From positions 20,015-84,014 of the forward strand of contig JAOACJ010000016.1 of assembly GCA_026417895.1 (NCBI GenBank): a stretch of 64,000 nt of DNA, given 5' to 3'. This stretch comes from Patescibacteria group bacterium (GTDB lineage: Bacteria; Patescibacteriota; Patescibacteriia; UBA2591; CALHIP01). Positions within the stretch are counted from its first letter, which is position 1; every line of letters starts with the position of its first letter. The translations under genes and the position numbers were made by a program. Positions 46,896 to 57,216 of the stretch are shown here, piece by piece. Under the pieces are notes generated by a model. It saw only the letters and a program-made list of their open reading frames with translations, ran no database searches and was not told the origin of the DNA.

Positions 46896-49343
46896 ATGGA
46901 AAGGATAGAAAAAAAACCTTTAGAAGAAGAATTGAAGGAAAGTTATTTAGACTATGCCATGAGCGTTATTGTTTCTCGGGCTCTACCCGATCTGCGCGAT
47001 GGCTTAAAACCAGTTCACCGTCGAATTTTATATGCGATGTACGAAGATGGCCTAACCCATCAGGCTAAATTTAGAAAGTCAGCTACTGTTGTTGGCGCCT
47101 GTCTAGGTCGTTATCACCCTCATGGCGACCAAGCTGTTTACGATGCGGCCATTCGTTTAGCCCAAAATTTTTCCTTGCGTTATCCCCTCATTGAAGGGCA
47201 GGGAAACCTTGGGTCAGTTGATAACCCATCTGAGTATGCGGCAATGAGATATACCGAAATGAGACTTTCAAAACTTGGTGAAGAAATGTTAAGAGACATT
47301 GAAAAAGAAACTGTTAATTTTGTCGCTAATTACGACGGAACAAGAAAAGAGCCAACTGTTTTACCCTCGCCACTGCCGCAATTACTTTTAAATGGCAGTG
47401 CTGGTATTGCTGTTGGTGTGGCAACTAATATTCCACCCCACAATCTTTCAGAAGTTTGTGAAGCTCTGATTTATTTGATTGATCATCCGAACGCGGAGAT
47501 AAATGATTTTTTAAAAATTATTAAAGGTCCAGACTTCCCGAGTGGTGGCATTGTTTTTGGTGGCAAAAACTTAGAAGAAATTTATACCTTTGGACGGGGC
47601 TCAATTTTAATTCGAGCAAGAACAGAAATTTTAACTAACGAAAAGGGAGAAAAAGAGATAGTTATTAAAGAAATCCCTTATCAAGTTAGCAAAAGTTCAC
47701 TTTTAGAAAAAATTGCTCATCTGGTCAAAGAGAAAAAAATTGAAGAAATAAGAGAGATTAAAGATCTTTCAGACAAAGAAGGAATAAGAATTGTCATTAA
47801 AGTAAAAAAACAAGCCCTTGCCCAAAAAGTCTTGAACCGTCTTTTTGCCCTTACACCCCTTGAAACCCCATTTTATTTTAATTGTTTAGCCCTTACTTCT
47901 GATTTGGAGGTGAAAAAACTTTCTTTAAAAGAACTTCTCTTGGGTTATTTAAAACATCGCGAAGAAGTAGTTAGACGTCGCACTCAATTTGAACTGATAA
48001 AGACAGAAGAAAGAATTCATATTTTAGAAGGATTTAAAATTACCCTTCACCATCTTAATCAGGTTATTGCCTTAATTAAAAAATCAAAAGACCGCGAAGA
48101 AGCAAAGAAAAATTTAGAAAAAGAATTTCATTTTGATGAAAAACAGGCTCAGGCTATTTTAGAAATGAGGCTTTATCAATTGGCTCATCTCGAAAGAGGA
48201 AAGATTGAAAATGAGCTTAAAGAAAAGAAAGAGAAAAGAAAAGAATTAAAAGAAATCCTTTCTTCTCCTCAAAAAATTTATGAAGTGATTAAAAAAGAAA
48301 TTAGCGAACTTAAAGAAAAATACGGCGATCAACGAAGAACGGAAATCATCTCCTCTTTACCTGAAGAGTTTAAAGAAGAAGACTTAATTTCTGATGAATT
48401 GACGATAGTTATGTTAACTCGCGCCGGTTATATTAAAAGAGTTTCACCAGAAAATTTCCGTGCCCAAGAAAGAGGGGGAAAGGGAATTAAAGGATTAGAG
48501 GCAAAGGAAAATGATGTTTTAGAAGACCTTGTTTTAACCTCAACAACAACCAATCTTTTTCTTTTTTCCAATAAGGGGAAAGTTTTTTTTCTTAAAACCT
48601 ACAAAATTCCAGAATTAGGTCGAACAGCAACCGGCGAAGCGATTGCTAATTTTTTAAATCTTTCCACTGACGAAAAAATTTCTTTTATTTTACCCCTCAA
48701 AGGATTTGATAAGACAAAAAATATTATTCTGGTTACTAGAACAGGTATCATTAAAAAAGTTAAAATTGATGATTTTCATTCAATCAGAAAAAGTGGCCTA
48801 TTCGTTATCAATTTAGAAAAAAATGATGCCCTTAAATCAGCAAAACTCTCTCTGGCAGGAGAAGAAATTCTCTTGTTCACTGCCTTAGGACAAGTTATTA
48901 GATTTAAAGAGCAAGAATTAAAAATTTATTCCCGAGGTGCAAAAGGAATAAGGGGAATAAAATTGAGAAAAGATGATGAAGTTATCGATTTAGAAGTTGT
49001 TGATCCCCGTCGTATTAAAAACTTGAAAGTTTTAACCTTTAGTGAATTAGGTTTTGGTAAAAAAACCTTTCTTTCAGTTTATCGATTACAAAAACGCGGT
49101 GGTTTCGGCCTGAAGGCGGCTAAAGTTTCCGCCAAAACCGGCCGTCTTATTAAAAGTTTAGTTATTGATGAAAAAAATTTACCGTCAGGTATAAAAGGTG
49201 ATTTGATACTTATCTCTCGCCTTGGACAGGTTTTAAGAATTCCTTCTCAAAGCGTTCCACTTCTTGGTCGAGTTTCACAAGGGGTGAGACTAATGAAATT
49301 TAAAGATAAAAATGATCGCCTAGCAGCTGTCACTTTAGTCTGA
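46896..49343 (+). CDS. gyrA: DNA gyrase subunit A
   Basis: [16 protein letters not shown], active-site [10 protein letters not shown] (Tyr), C-terminal beta-pinwheel repeats; 815 aa. Confidence 0.9.
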   Translation: MERIEKKPLEEELKESYLDYAMSVIVSRALPDLRDGLKPVHRRILYAMYEDGLTHQAKFRKSATVVGACLGRYHPHGDQAVYDAAIRLAQNFSLRYPLIEGQGNLGSVDNPSEYAAMRYTEMRLSKLGEEMLRDIEKETVNFVANYDGTRKEPTVLPSPLPQLLLNGSAGIAVGVATNIPPHNLSEVCEALIYLIDHPNAEINDFLKIIKGPDFPSGGIVFGGKNLEEIYTFGRGSILIRARTEILTNEKGEKEIVIKEIPYQVSKSSLLEKIAHLVKEKKIEEIREIKDLSDKEGIRIVIKVKKQALAQKVLNRLFALTPLETPFYFNCLALTSDLEVKKLSLKELLLGYLKHREEVVRRRTQFELIKTEERIHILEGFKITLHHLNQVIALIKKSKDREEAKKNLEKEFHFDEKQAQAILEMRLYQLAHLERGKIENELKEKKEKRKELKEILSSPQKIYEVIKKEISELKEKYGDQRRTEIISSLPEEFKEEDLISDELTIVMLTRAGYIKRVSPENFRAQERGGKGIKGLEAKENDVLEDLVLTSTTTNLFLFSNKGKVFFLKTYKIPELGRTATGEAIANFLNLSTDEKISFILPLKGFDKTKNIILVTRTGIIKKVKIDDFHSIRKSGLFVINLEKNDALKSAKLSLAGEEILLFTALGQVIRFKEQELKIYSRGAKGIRGIKLRKDDEVIDLEVVDPRRIKNLKVLTFSELGFGKKTFLSVYRLQKRGGFGLKAAKVSAKTGRLIKSLVIDEKNLPSGIKGDLILISRLGQVLRIPSQSVPLLGRVSQGVRLMKFKDKNDRLAAVTLV

Positions 49344-49355
49344 TAATGAAACTTA

Positions 49356-50096
49356 TTGAAATTAATTTTTATGATTCAACTCTTTAATTTAATTCTTTAT
49401 CAACCGCTCTTAAATCTTTTGGTTTTTTTCTATAACACCATTGCCTTCCGGGATTTAGGGTTGGCCATTATTTTTTTAACCATTTTTTTAAAAATTATTT
49501 TATATCCCACCTCTCTGGCACAAATTAAAAATCAGAAATTACTTATTGAGCTTCAGCCAAAATTAAATGAAATTAAAAAAAAATTTAGTCATGACAGAAC
49601 AAAGATGGCTCAAGCAACAATAGAACTTTATCGCCACCACAAAATTAATCCCTTTTCCTCCTGTCTATCTTTAATGGTTCAATTGCCAATTTTAATTGCC
49701 GTCTACCAAGTTTTTCGAACCGGTATTTTATCTCAAGAACTTAATCTTTATCCATTTATTCATAATCCCGGACAACTTAATCCAATTGCTTTTGGTTTTA
49801 TTAATTTTGCTGAGAAAAATTTCCCCCTTGCTCTTTTAACCGGTATGGTTCAATTTTGGCAGAGCAAAATGCTTTCAAGAAAAAAACCACCGCCGGAGGT
49901 AAAAAAAGAAAAAGAAGCAAAAGATGAAAGTATGATGGCGATGATGAATAGACAGATGATGGTGATGATGCCTCTTTTTACCGTGATTATTGGTATGACC
50001 TTACCGAGTGGTTTAATTTTCTATTGGTTAATTAATTTAATTTTGACCATTGGCCAACAATTTTTCTTTTTTAAAAAACAAAAAATACTGATCTAA
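49356..50096 (+). CDS. yidC: membrane protein insertase YidC (short form)
   Basis: LGLAIIFLTIFLKIILYPTSLAQIKNQKLLIELQPKLNEIKKKF…MAQATIELYRHHKINPFSSCLSLMVQLPILIAVY matches the YidC/Oxa1 core; 246 aa. Confidence 0.8.
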   Translation: MKLIFMIQLFNLILYQPLLNLLVFFYNTIAFRDLGLAIIFLTIFLKIILYPTSLAQIKNQKLLIELQPKLNEIKKKFSHDRTKMAQATIELYRHHKINPFSSCLSLMVQLPILIAVYQVFRTGILSQELNLYPFIHNPGQLNPIAFGFINFAEKNFPLALLTGMVQFWQSKMLSRKKPPPEVKKEKEAKDESMMAMMNRQMMVMMPLFTVIIGMTLPSGLIFYWLINLILTIGQQFFFFKKQKILI

Positions 50097-50105
50097 TCTA
50101 AAAAT

Positions 50106-50498
50106 ATGAACCATCTTGTTTTTTTTAGAGTCTTGATTCTCGAACCCCTCTTTACTCTTTTTTATTTTCCTGTTTGGTGGTATTCTCAGGGCTTCGTGCT
50201 TGTTGTTAATTTTCTTAAAAAAAAGATTCAGATCACATGTCAAAATTTAGCCCTAAAAACTTTATTCTCTTTTCTTTTTAAACCGATGTACGGTGATTAT
50301 TCTCGGGAGGGTCGGTTGATTAGCTTTTTTATGAGACTTATTCACCTTTCTTTTCGTCTTTTTCAGCTGACTTTGTTGATTATCTTTTCTTTAATTTTTA
50401 TAATTTTTTATCTTTTTTTACCTCTCTTTACTGTTTATCAGGTGGTCTGTCATTTTGGCCATTTTTGTTATTATTTTCTTTGGCCGGAAATTATTTAG
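50106..50498 (+). CDS. hypothetical membrane protein
   Basis: 130 aa, 3-4 hydrophobic helices. Confidence 0.35.
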   Translation: MNHLVFFRVLILEPLFTLFYFPVWWYSQGFVLVVNFLKKKIQITCQNLALKTLFSFLFKPMYGDYSREGRLISFFMRLIHLSFRLFQLTLLIIFSLIFIIFYLFLPLFTVYQVVCHFGHFCYYFLWPEII

Positions 50499-50501
50499 TT
50501 T

Positions 50502-53168
50502 ATGATGGACGAATCACTTTTTTACCTTTGTCCCAGTTGCCAAGGCCAAGGCTATCAAGGGAAGAAAAAATGCCAAACTTGTTTTGGCCTTGGTGTTTGG
50601 CAGGTTTATTCAGATAAGAAATTGTTTTTTGACTGGGACCTTTCTTCTTCGGTTTTTATTGCCAAAAAAATAAAAAAGTTTTTTGGTATTTTAATCTATC
50701 TTTTTCTATTTTCCTTTGGCTTGATAGGATTTCTTTCGCTTCTCCAAGCGATTTTTTCTTTTAAAATTCCGTCTAATTTTTTACCTCTCTTTCAAAGAGA
50801 AAAATTCTTTCTCATGAAAATTTTTTGGCTTTCGCTTTTAACCGATCTTTTTTTAGTCTATTCTAAAATTCAAAGAAAACCATCTTTTCTTAGAATCTTT
50901 AAAGAAAAAAAGGAAAAAATTAATGTCGCCCATTATCTTTCAGCTGCTAGTGAAAGAGTCTTAACCGAGGCGATTATTTTGAGTCGAAAACTGTTCCATC
51001 AGCAAATCAATCCTGTTCATCTTTTTATTGGTCTTCTTCAAAGTGAGGTTGGTTTTACTGTTTTAGGCCGCCTTGGTTTAAACTGGACTAAATTAAAAGA
51101 AGCGATAGCAAAAATTTTAAGAGAGATTCCCCCTAATTACGAAAGAAGACCATCTTTATTGAATCCAGAAACTAAAAAAATAATTCTTCAAGCCTCGGTT
51201 TTAACTTTACAAAAAAGAAAGGATTTAATTTCTCCTTTAGCAATAATGCGAGCAATTACCGTCTTTGAAGGACCAATTAAAAAAATACTTGACGAAGATT
51301 TTGAGATTAGACCTCGGGAAATAGAAAATGTCTGTCTTTGGTTTGAAATTTATGAAGAAATTAAAAAGGATTGGCAGAGACTTAGTGAGGGAGCACGAAG
51401 ACGACCAAAGGGGCCAATGAATGTGGCTATGACAGCCGTCGCCACTCCCTTTTTAGATGCTTTTTCTTCCGACCTCACAGCTCTAGCTCGTCTCGGTTAT
51501 TTAGGTCCTTTTATGGATCGAGAAAAAGAAATAGAAGAGATTTTCCGTGTTTTAGAAACAGGTCAAGGTAATTTAGTTTTAGTTGGTCCGCCTGGGGTTG
51601 GCAAAACCGCCATCATTGAAGGTTTGGCTCGAAAAATGATTCAGAATGAAGTGCCAAAAATTCTCCAGGATAAAAGATTAGTTAGTCTTTCTTTAGGTCG
51701 ATTAGTGGCTGGCGCTTCAAGGCCAGGCGAAATTGAGGAAAGAATGCAAATCATTATCCAAGAAATTATAAGAGCGGGTAATATTATCCTTTTTATTAAA
51801 GATATTCATAATTTAATTGGCGTTAAGACAACCGAGGGAGAATTAGATGTTGCAGAAATCTTGGCTGAAGCTTTAGAAAAGAAATATTTTTTACTTTTAG
51901 CTACTTCGACTTTAGGAATCTATGAGCATTGCTTAGAATCGTCGACTTTGGGTCAGGTTTTGACCAAGATTAACATCCAAGAACCGGATAAAAATAGCGC
52001 CATTCTTATTTGTGAGGCAAAAGTCGCTGCCATTGAAGCAAAAAATAAAGTTTTTTTCTCTTATGGTGCTTTAGAGAAAGCCGTTGAATTAGCCGAACGT
52101 TATCTTTATGAAAAATTTTTACCCCAAAAAGCGATTGAACTTCTTGAAGAGGTAGCGGTTTTTGTCAGGCAAAGAAAAGGAGCAAGGGCCATTGTCTTAA
52201 AGGAAGATGTGGCAGAAATTGTCGCTCAAAAAACTGGTATTCCTTCAGAAAAAATTAGTCAAGAAGAAAAAGAAAAATTATTAATTCTAGAAGAAAAAAT
52301 TCATGAGAGAATTGTTAATCAAGAGGAAGCGGTTCATTTAGTCGCTTCAGCCATTCGTCGAGCGAGAACAGAATTAAGAGATCCGAAAAAGCCGATTGTT
52401 AACCTCTTATTTTTAGGACCAACCGGGGTTGGTAAAACCGAATTAGCCAAAACAGTGGCTGAGGTTTACTTCGGTAAAGAAGAAAAAATGATTCGTTTAG
52501 ATATGAGTGAATTTCAGACTAAAGAGTCTTTAGGTCGACTTATTGGCTGCCCAAGTGAACCAAGGGGAGTTTTAACCGAAGCTGTCCGTAGAGCACCCTT
52601 TTCTCTCTTACTTCTTGATGAAATTGAAAAAGCTCACCCTGATATTCTTAACCTTTTTTTACAAGTCATGGACGATGGTCGACTAACTGATTGGCAAGGG
52701 AAAACAATTAATTTTACTAATTTAATGATTATTGGAACCTCAAATGCCGGCACTGAATTTATTCAGGAAGCACTTCTGGCTGGTAAAACAATCGAAGAGA
52801 TTAAAGAAATCTTACTTAAAGAAAAACTTTCACCTTATTTTCGGCCAGAATTTCTAAACCGTTTTGATGCTGTTGTCATTTTTAAGCCATTAGGGAAAAA
52901 AGAACTTTTCGCTATTACTCAACTGATTCTTAAAAAGCTTAGCTCTCAGATTGAAAAAAAAGGTATTACTTTCCAAGCGACAGAAGAAGCAATCAACGAA
53001 TTAGTGGAGAAAGGCTTTGACCCAATTTTCGGTGCCCGTGCTCTAAAACGAACCATTCAAGAAGAAGTTAACAATGCTTTGGCTAATTTTCTTTTGACCG
53101 GCAAAATCTCCCGTGGCGATCTGGTAATTTTAGAAAAAGGTGGTAAAATAAAAATAGAGAGAAAGTAA
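50502..53168 (+). CDS. ClpC/ClpB-like two-ring AAA+ chaperone with N-terminal zinc-ribbon and transmembrane extension
   Basis: D1 Walker A GPPGVGKTAIIEGLARKM; D2 Walker A GPTGVGKTELAKTVA and Walker B LLLLDEIEKAHPD; Clp_N repeat region. The N-terminal CPSCQGQG…CQTCFG zinc ribbon is followed by two hydrophobic helices. Confidence 0.85.
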   Translation: MMDESLFYLCPSCQGQGYQGKKKCQTCFGLGVWQVYSDKKLFFDWDLSSSVFIAKKIKKFFGILIYLFLFSFGLIGFLSLLQAIFSFKIPSNFLPLFQREKFFLMKIFWLSLLTDLFLVYSKIQRKPSFLRIFKEKKEKINVAHYLSAASERVLTEAIILSRKLFHQQINPVHLFIGLLQSEVGFTVLGRLGLNWTKLKEAIAKILREIPPNYERRPSLLNPETKKIILQASVLTLQKRKDLISPLAIMRAITVFEGPIKKILDEDFEIRPREIENVCLWFEIYEEIKKDWQRLSEGARRRPKGPMNVAMTAVATPFLDAFSSDLTALARLGYLGPFMDREKEIEEIFRVLETGQGNLVLVGPPGVGKTAIIEGLARKMIQNEVPKILQDKRLVSLSLGRLVAGASRPGEIEERMQIIIQEIIRAGNIILFIKDIHNLIGVKTTEGELDVAEILAEALEKKYFLLLATSTLGIYEHCLESSTLGQVLTKINIQEPDKNSAILICEAKVAAIEAKNKVFFSYGALEKAVELAERYLYEKFLPQKAIELLEEVAVFVRQRKGARAIVLKEDVAEIVAQKTGIPSEKISQEEKEKLLILEEKIHERIVNQEEAVHLVASAIRRARTELRDPKKPIVNLLFLGPTGVGKTELAKTVAEVYFGKEEKMIRLDMSEFQTKESLGRLIGCPSEPRGVLTEAVRRAPFSLLLLDEIEKAHPDILNLFLQVMDDGRLTDWQGKTINFTNLMIIGTSNAGTEFIQEALLAGKTIEEIKEILLKEKLSPYFRPEFLNRFDAVVIFKPLGKKELFAITQLILKKLSSQIEKKGITFQATEEAINELVEKGFDPIFGARALKRTIQEEVNNALANFLLTGKISRGDLVILEKGGKIKIERK

Positions 53169-53174
53169 AAATTT

Positions 53175-54047
53175 ATGAAAACAGTCAAAAAAGTAGTTAT
53201 TTTAGCCGCTGGCCTCGGCACAAGATTTTTGCCTATTACTAAATCTTATCCCAAAGAAATGTTACCCTTGATTGATAAGCCGATACTTCAATATTTGGTT
53301 GAAGAGGTTGTTGATTCTTGTCTTAAAGATATTGTTTTGGTTCTTTCCCCAGAGAAAAGAAATATTAGAAACTATTTTCAAAAAAATAGAAAGCTAGAAT
53401 ACTTTTTAAAAAAAAGAAGACAAAAAAATTTTTTATTAAAGGAGGTGGAAAAAACCAATCGTTTGGTCAATTTGCGTTATTGCTATCAGAAAAAGCCTTT
53501 AGGTATTGGTCAGGCACTTCTTTGTGCCGAAAAAGAGATTAAAAATGAACCGTTTGCCTTATTCTTTGCTGACGATGTTATTGCCAGCAAAACACCTTGT
53601 TTAAAACAAATGTTGAAAATTTATCAAAAATACCAAGCCACCATTCTCGCTGTTGCACAGGTTCCTTGGAAAGAAGTTTGTCATTACGGCATTGTGAAAA
53701 TAAAGAAATTTCAGAAAAGAGTTTCTCAGGTTTTAGATTTGGTTGAAAAGCCAACGTTAAAAGAAGCTCCTTCCAACCTTGCCATTGTTGGCCGTTATAT
53801 TTTAGAACCAGAAATTTTAAAAATTTTAAAAGATATGAAACAACCAAAAGAAGACGAAGAGCTTTATTTAACTGATGCTCTCAAAATTTTATTAAAGAAA
53901 AAACCAGTTTATGCTTATAAATATGAAGGTCAATGGCTTTCTTGTGGCCATAAATTCGATTGGTTAAAAGCTAACATTGAGTTAGGTTTAAAACATCCAG
54001 AAACAAAAGTTGACTTAAGGAAATACCTTCGAAGTCAAAATAATTAA
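53175..54047 (+). CDS. galU: UTP--glucose-1-phosphate uridylyltransferase
   Basis: KKVVILAAGLGTRFLPITKSYPKEMLPLIDKPILQYLVEE nucleotidyltransferase signature; 290 aa. Confidence 0.8.
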   Translation: MKTVKKVVILAAGLGTRFLPITKSYPKEMLPLIDKPILQYLVEEVVDSCLKDIVLVLSPEKRNIRNYFQKNRKLEYFLKKRRQKNFLLKEVEKTNRLVNLRYCYQKKPLGIGQALLCAEKEIKNEPFALFFADDVIASKTPCLKQMLKIYQKYQATILAVAQVPWKEVCHYGIVKIKKFQKRVSQVLDLVEKPTLKEAPSNLAIVGRYILEPEILKILKDMKQPKEDEELYLTDALKILLKKKPVYAYKYEGQWLSCGHKFDWLKANIELGLKHPETKVDLRKYLRSQNN

Positions 54048-54048
54048 C

Positions 54049-55434
54049 TTGGTTTTAAATTTTATGAAAATAGTTCGTATTCTAATTCTTGTTTTCATTA
54101 TTTTCTCTTTTCTTTTTGGTTGGGAATTAGGAGCTCAAATACCCGGTCAACCTCAACCTAGAAAGCCAATCTTGCCACCCGTTAATCTTTCTTGGTGGGT
54201 GGTCTGGGAACAACCGAGTGATTTTACTGACTTAATTAATACTTTCCGCACTCTCTATCCCTATGTTAATATTGAAGTCAAAAAATTTCGTTACGAAGAA
54301 TATCGTGAGGCTTTAATTGAGGCTTGGGCCCGGGACGTCGGACCAGATATTTTTTCTCTCCCCAATACCTGGCTTAGAGAATATCAGGAGTGGATTGTTC
54401 CGATGCCAGCCAAAGTTGCTTTAAAAAAAGAAATTCAAAGTGGTCCTTCTTGTGCTCGAAAAACAAAAATCATTACCGAAGAAAAACCCTTACTTACTCT
54501 TAAAGATTTAAAAGAAAAATTTGTGGGTCAGGTAGAAAAAGATGTTTTAATTCAGGGTCGAATTGCTGGTCTACCTCTTTCTTTTGATACCCTAGTTCTT
54601 TATTACAATCGTGATCTTTTAGATGCAGCTGGTATTCCTGAACCCCCAAAAACCTGGGAAGAGTTTATGGAGGCAGTGATTAAGACAACGTTGATAGATA
54701 AACAAAAAAATATTTTTCAAGCGGGTGCAGCTTTAGGGACAGCCAATAATATCGAAAGAGCAGTTGACCTTCTTTCTCTTTTGATGATGCAAAGTGGCAT
54801 CAATATGACCAATCCTCAGGGTTTGGTTACCTTTAATCAAGCCTGGCCAGACGATCCATCTTATTTTCCAGCCGAAGAAGCTTTGAGATTTTACACTGAT
54901 TTTGCTGATAAAAATAAAGAAGTTTATACTTGGCATAAAGAGATGCCCTCGAATTTAGAAATGTTTATCCAAGGGAAATTGGTTTTCTTTTTTGGTTATG
55001 CCTATCACTTACCTTTAATTAAAGCACAGGCCCCGAACCTGAATTTTGGCTTAACCAAAATGCCCCAGAGAAGTGGAACGCTTAAAGAAATAAACTTTGC
55101 TCATTATCCAGTTCAAGTCGTCTCCCGAAAAAGCAAAAATATAGAAATGGCATGGTTTTTTCTGAATTGGGCAAGCCAGAACCCAACTCCTTATTTAAAT
55201 CGCGCCAAAAAGCCAACCGCCCTACGAAGTTTGATTGCCATCCAATTGCAGGATCCAGATTTAGAAGTTTTTGCTTCACAGGCTTTAACAGCTTCCTCTT
55301 GGTATCAAGGGAAAAACCCACTTTTGGTGGAAGAAGCTTTTAAGGAAATGATTGATGATATCAACGAAGGCAGAAAGTCTTATCTAGAGGCAATCAATTT
55401 CGCTGTCCAAAAAATTAATCAACAAATAAAATGA
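54049..55434 (+). CDS. extracellular solute-binding protein (ABC-type, family 1-like), orphan
   Basis: Signal/anchor N-terminus, about 460 aa, with blocks resembling sugar-binding SBPs (…TWEEFMEAV…). No permease or ATPase genes are adjacent. Confidence 0.5.
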   Translation: MVLNFMKIVRILILVFIIFSFLFGWELGAQIPGQPQPRKPILPPVNLSWWVVWEQPSDFTDLINTFRTLYPYVNIEVKKFRYEEYREALIEAWARDVGPDIFSLPNTWLREYQEWIVPMPAKVALKKEIQSGPSCARKTKIITEEKPLLTLKDLKEKFVGQVEKDVLIQGRIAGLPLSFDTLVLYYNRDLLDAAGIPEPPKTWEEFMEAVIKTTLIDKQKNIFQAGAALGTANNIERAVDLLSLLMMQSGINMTNPQGLVTFNQAWPDDPSYFPAEEALRFYTDFADKNKEVYTWHKEMPSNLEMFIQGKLVFFFGYAYHLPLIKAQAPNLNFGLTKMPQRSGTLKEINFAHYPVQVVSRKSKNIEMAWFFLNWASQNPTPYLNRAKKPTALRSLIAIQLQDPDLEVFASQALTASSWYQGKNPLLVEEAFKEMIDDINEGRKSYLEAINFAVQKINQQIK

Positions 55435-56297
55435 AATTTTTTAATTTTCACATTCACCAAAATAGCCAAAGTTTCATTTTCAAAATCTTTTTTCTCTTTT
55501 CTCTTCTTTCTCTTTTCCTGTCTATTTTTTCGCCGGTTTTGGCAGAAAACACCACCTCCTCAACTTCAATGGTCACTGTTTATACGTGTGATACAAGCGG
55601 TTGTCGTCCTGGAGGATTGATGAAGGCCGTCTCTCTAAAATGTGCTTGTTGTGGCGATTGTGATTTAAACGATATTCTTAAAATCGTTGTGGGAATCTCT
55701 CGTCTGATTCTTCGTTGGGTTGGTGTTTTGGCTCTTATCTTTTTTATTATTGGTGGTATAATCTGGTTGACCTCCAGTGGTAATCCAGAACAGGTAAAAA
55801 GAGGGAAACAAATCTTGGTTGGTACTCTTATCGGTCTTTGTATTGTTTTTTTTGCCTGGCAAATTGTTAATATCATTATTTGCGGACTCTCTCAAGGTAA
55901 ACTTGAAGAATCTTGCACCCTCTTTAATCGGAAATGGTATGTCTTTCCGGGCGAAAAAGAAAAAAAATGTCAGATGGAAGAAAGACCAAATGCAGCTTGT
56001 TTTACCAACTGGCCTGAATGTCCATCTTTTGCGGCGATGGGTCCCAATCCCATTTGGAATTCAGATTGTAAGAAAGAGGAGGTAAAGACCATCCAGCAAA
56101 AATTAGCTCAACTTTGTTGTTACGGTACAGGTGTAGCAACTATTGATGGTTGTTTTGGCCCGGAAACAAGAAATGCAGTCAAATTATTCTGTCAAAAGAA
56201 TAGTGGTTGTGGGACTGGTAATGATCAAGGTTATGTTGATCAAACGACCTATAATTTAATTACCACCGGCACTGACCTTCAACTATGTCAAGAATAA
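55431..56297 (+). CDS. VirB2/TrbC-like pilin-family protein fused to a Cys-rich region and a C-terminal peptidoglycan-binding (PG_binding_1-like) domain
   Basis: Signal peptide …SPVLAENTT. Pilin core ILKIVVGISRLILRWVGVLALIFFIIGGIIWLTSSGNPEQVKRGKQILVGTLIGLCIVFFAWQIV. C-terminal VKTIQQKLAQLCCYGTGVATIDGCFGPETRNAVKLFCQ matches the PG_binding_1 pattern. Confidence 0.6.
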   Translation: MKFFNFHIHQNSQSFIFKIFFLFSLLSLFLSIFSPVLAENTTSSTSMVTVYTCDTSGCRPGGLMKAVSLKCACCGDCDLNDILKIVVGISRLILRWVGVLALIFFIIGGIIWLTSSGNPEQVKRGKQILVGTLIGLCIVFFAWQIVNIIICGLSQGKLEESCTLFNRKWYVFPGEKEKKCQMEERPNAACFTNWPECPSFAAMGPNPIWNSDCKKEEVKTIQQKLAQLCCYGTGVATIDGCFGPETRNAVKLFCQKNSGCGTGNDQGYVDQTTYNLITTGTDLQLCQE

Positions 56298-56301
56298 ATA
56301 T

Positions 56302-56658
56302 ATGTCATTCTTTTATAAAAATTTTCTTCTTCTTGCTACTTTCTACTTTCTATTTTCTAGTTTTATTTTGCCGGTTTTAGCTGAAGAAACAACCGAACTC
56401 CCTAATCCCCTTGGCACCGGCATGACCACGGAAAAAATTGTTGCCAATGTCATTAAACTGATTTTAGGTTTAGTTGGTGTGTTGGCTTTGATTATGTTTA
56501 TTTACGGTGGTATTACTTGGATGACTTCGGGTGGCAATGTTGAAGCGGTTAAAAGAGGAAAAAATACTTTAGTTTGGGCGGTTTTAGGTTTAGCTGTTGT
56601 TTTCTTTGCCTACAGTTTGGTCAATTTTATTTTAACCAAAGTGCTTGGCGTAAGGTAA
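56302..56658 (+). CDS. VirB2/TrbC-like pilin-family protein (paralog 2)
   Basis: Signal peptide …LPVLAEETT; core VIKLILGLVGVLALIMFIYGGITWMTSGGNVEAVKRGKNTLVWAVLGLAVVFFAYSLV; 118 aa. Confidence 0.6.
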   Translation: MSFFYKNFLLLATFYFLFSSFILPVLAEETTELPNPLGTGMTTEKIVANVIKLILGLVGVLALIMFIYGGITWMTSGGNVEAVKRGKNTLVWAVLGLAVVFFAYSLVNFILTKVLGVR

Positions 56659-56693
56659 AAACTTTTTAAAATAGACTGTGGATAAATCTTTCT

Positions 56694-56720
56694 TGACTTT
56701 TTCGTTTTTGGAAGTAAAAT
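56694..56720 (+). promoter_or_regulatory. possible promoter inside the pilin array (TTGACT-15nt-TAAAAT; spacer short)
   Basis: TTGACT at 56694-99 and TAAAAT at 56715-20; strong RBS GGAGGG before the paralog-3 start. Confidence 0.3.
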
Positions 56721-56755
56721 AAAACCATCACCATTCTTTTAAAGGTCGTCATTAA

Positions 56756-56778
56756 CTAGACACAAACCTTGTGTTTAG
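56756..56778. promoter_or_regulatory. imperfect inverted repeat CTAGACACAA-acc-TTGTGTTTAG between candidate promoter and RBS of pilin paralog 3
   Basis: Seen directly; 10-nt arms with 1 mismatch. Confidence 0.3.
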
Positions 56779-56806
56779 TTCGGAGGGAAAATAAAATTGG
56801 AAAAAT

Positions 56807-57172
56807 ATGAGAAAAATTCTTTTCACTTTATCAACCTTAACTTTACTGGCTTTACCGGGCGTCACCTTTGCTCAAGTCAATGAATGGTTGAATAACATGG
56901 CTTTACAGAACATTCTGCCGACCAATGTTGATCTACCAGGTCTTGTTTTCAGCATTATTCGCTACATTCTTGGTTTCTTAGGGGTGGTGGCCGTTGTTGT
57001 CATTATTATTGGTGGTTTTATGTGGATGACAGCGGCTGGTAATGAAGAAAAGGTGGCTAAAGCCAAAAAGGTTTTAGTTCAAGGTTTGATTGGTTTAGTC
57101 ATTGTTATGTTAGCCTTTGCCATCGCCACCTTTGTCATGAGTATGATTCGAACCAGCACAGCTGGGGCCTAA
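56807..57172 (+). CDS. VirB2/TrbC-like pilin-family protein (paralog 3)
   Basis: Signal peptide …VTFAQVNE; core IIRYILGFLGVVAVVVIIIGGFMWMTAAGNEEKVAKAKKVLVQGLIGLVIVMLAFAIA; 121 aa. Confidence 0.6.
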   Translation: MRKILFTLSTLTLLALPGVTFAQVNEWLNNMALQNILPTNVDLPGLVFSIIRYILGFLGVVAVVVIIIGGFMWMTAAGNEEKVAKAKKVLVQGLIGLVIVMLAFAIATFVMSMIRTSTAGA

Positions 57173-57216
57173 TCTAATTTTTTTAGGGAAGAGAAATTAT
57201 TTTTTAAATTTCTTTT

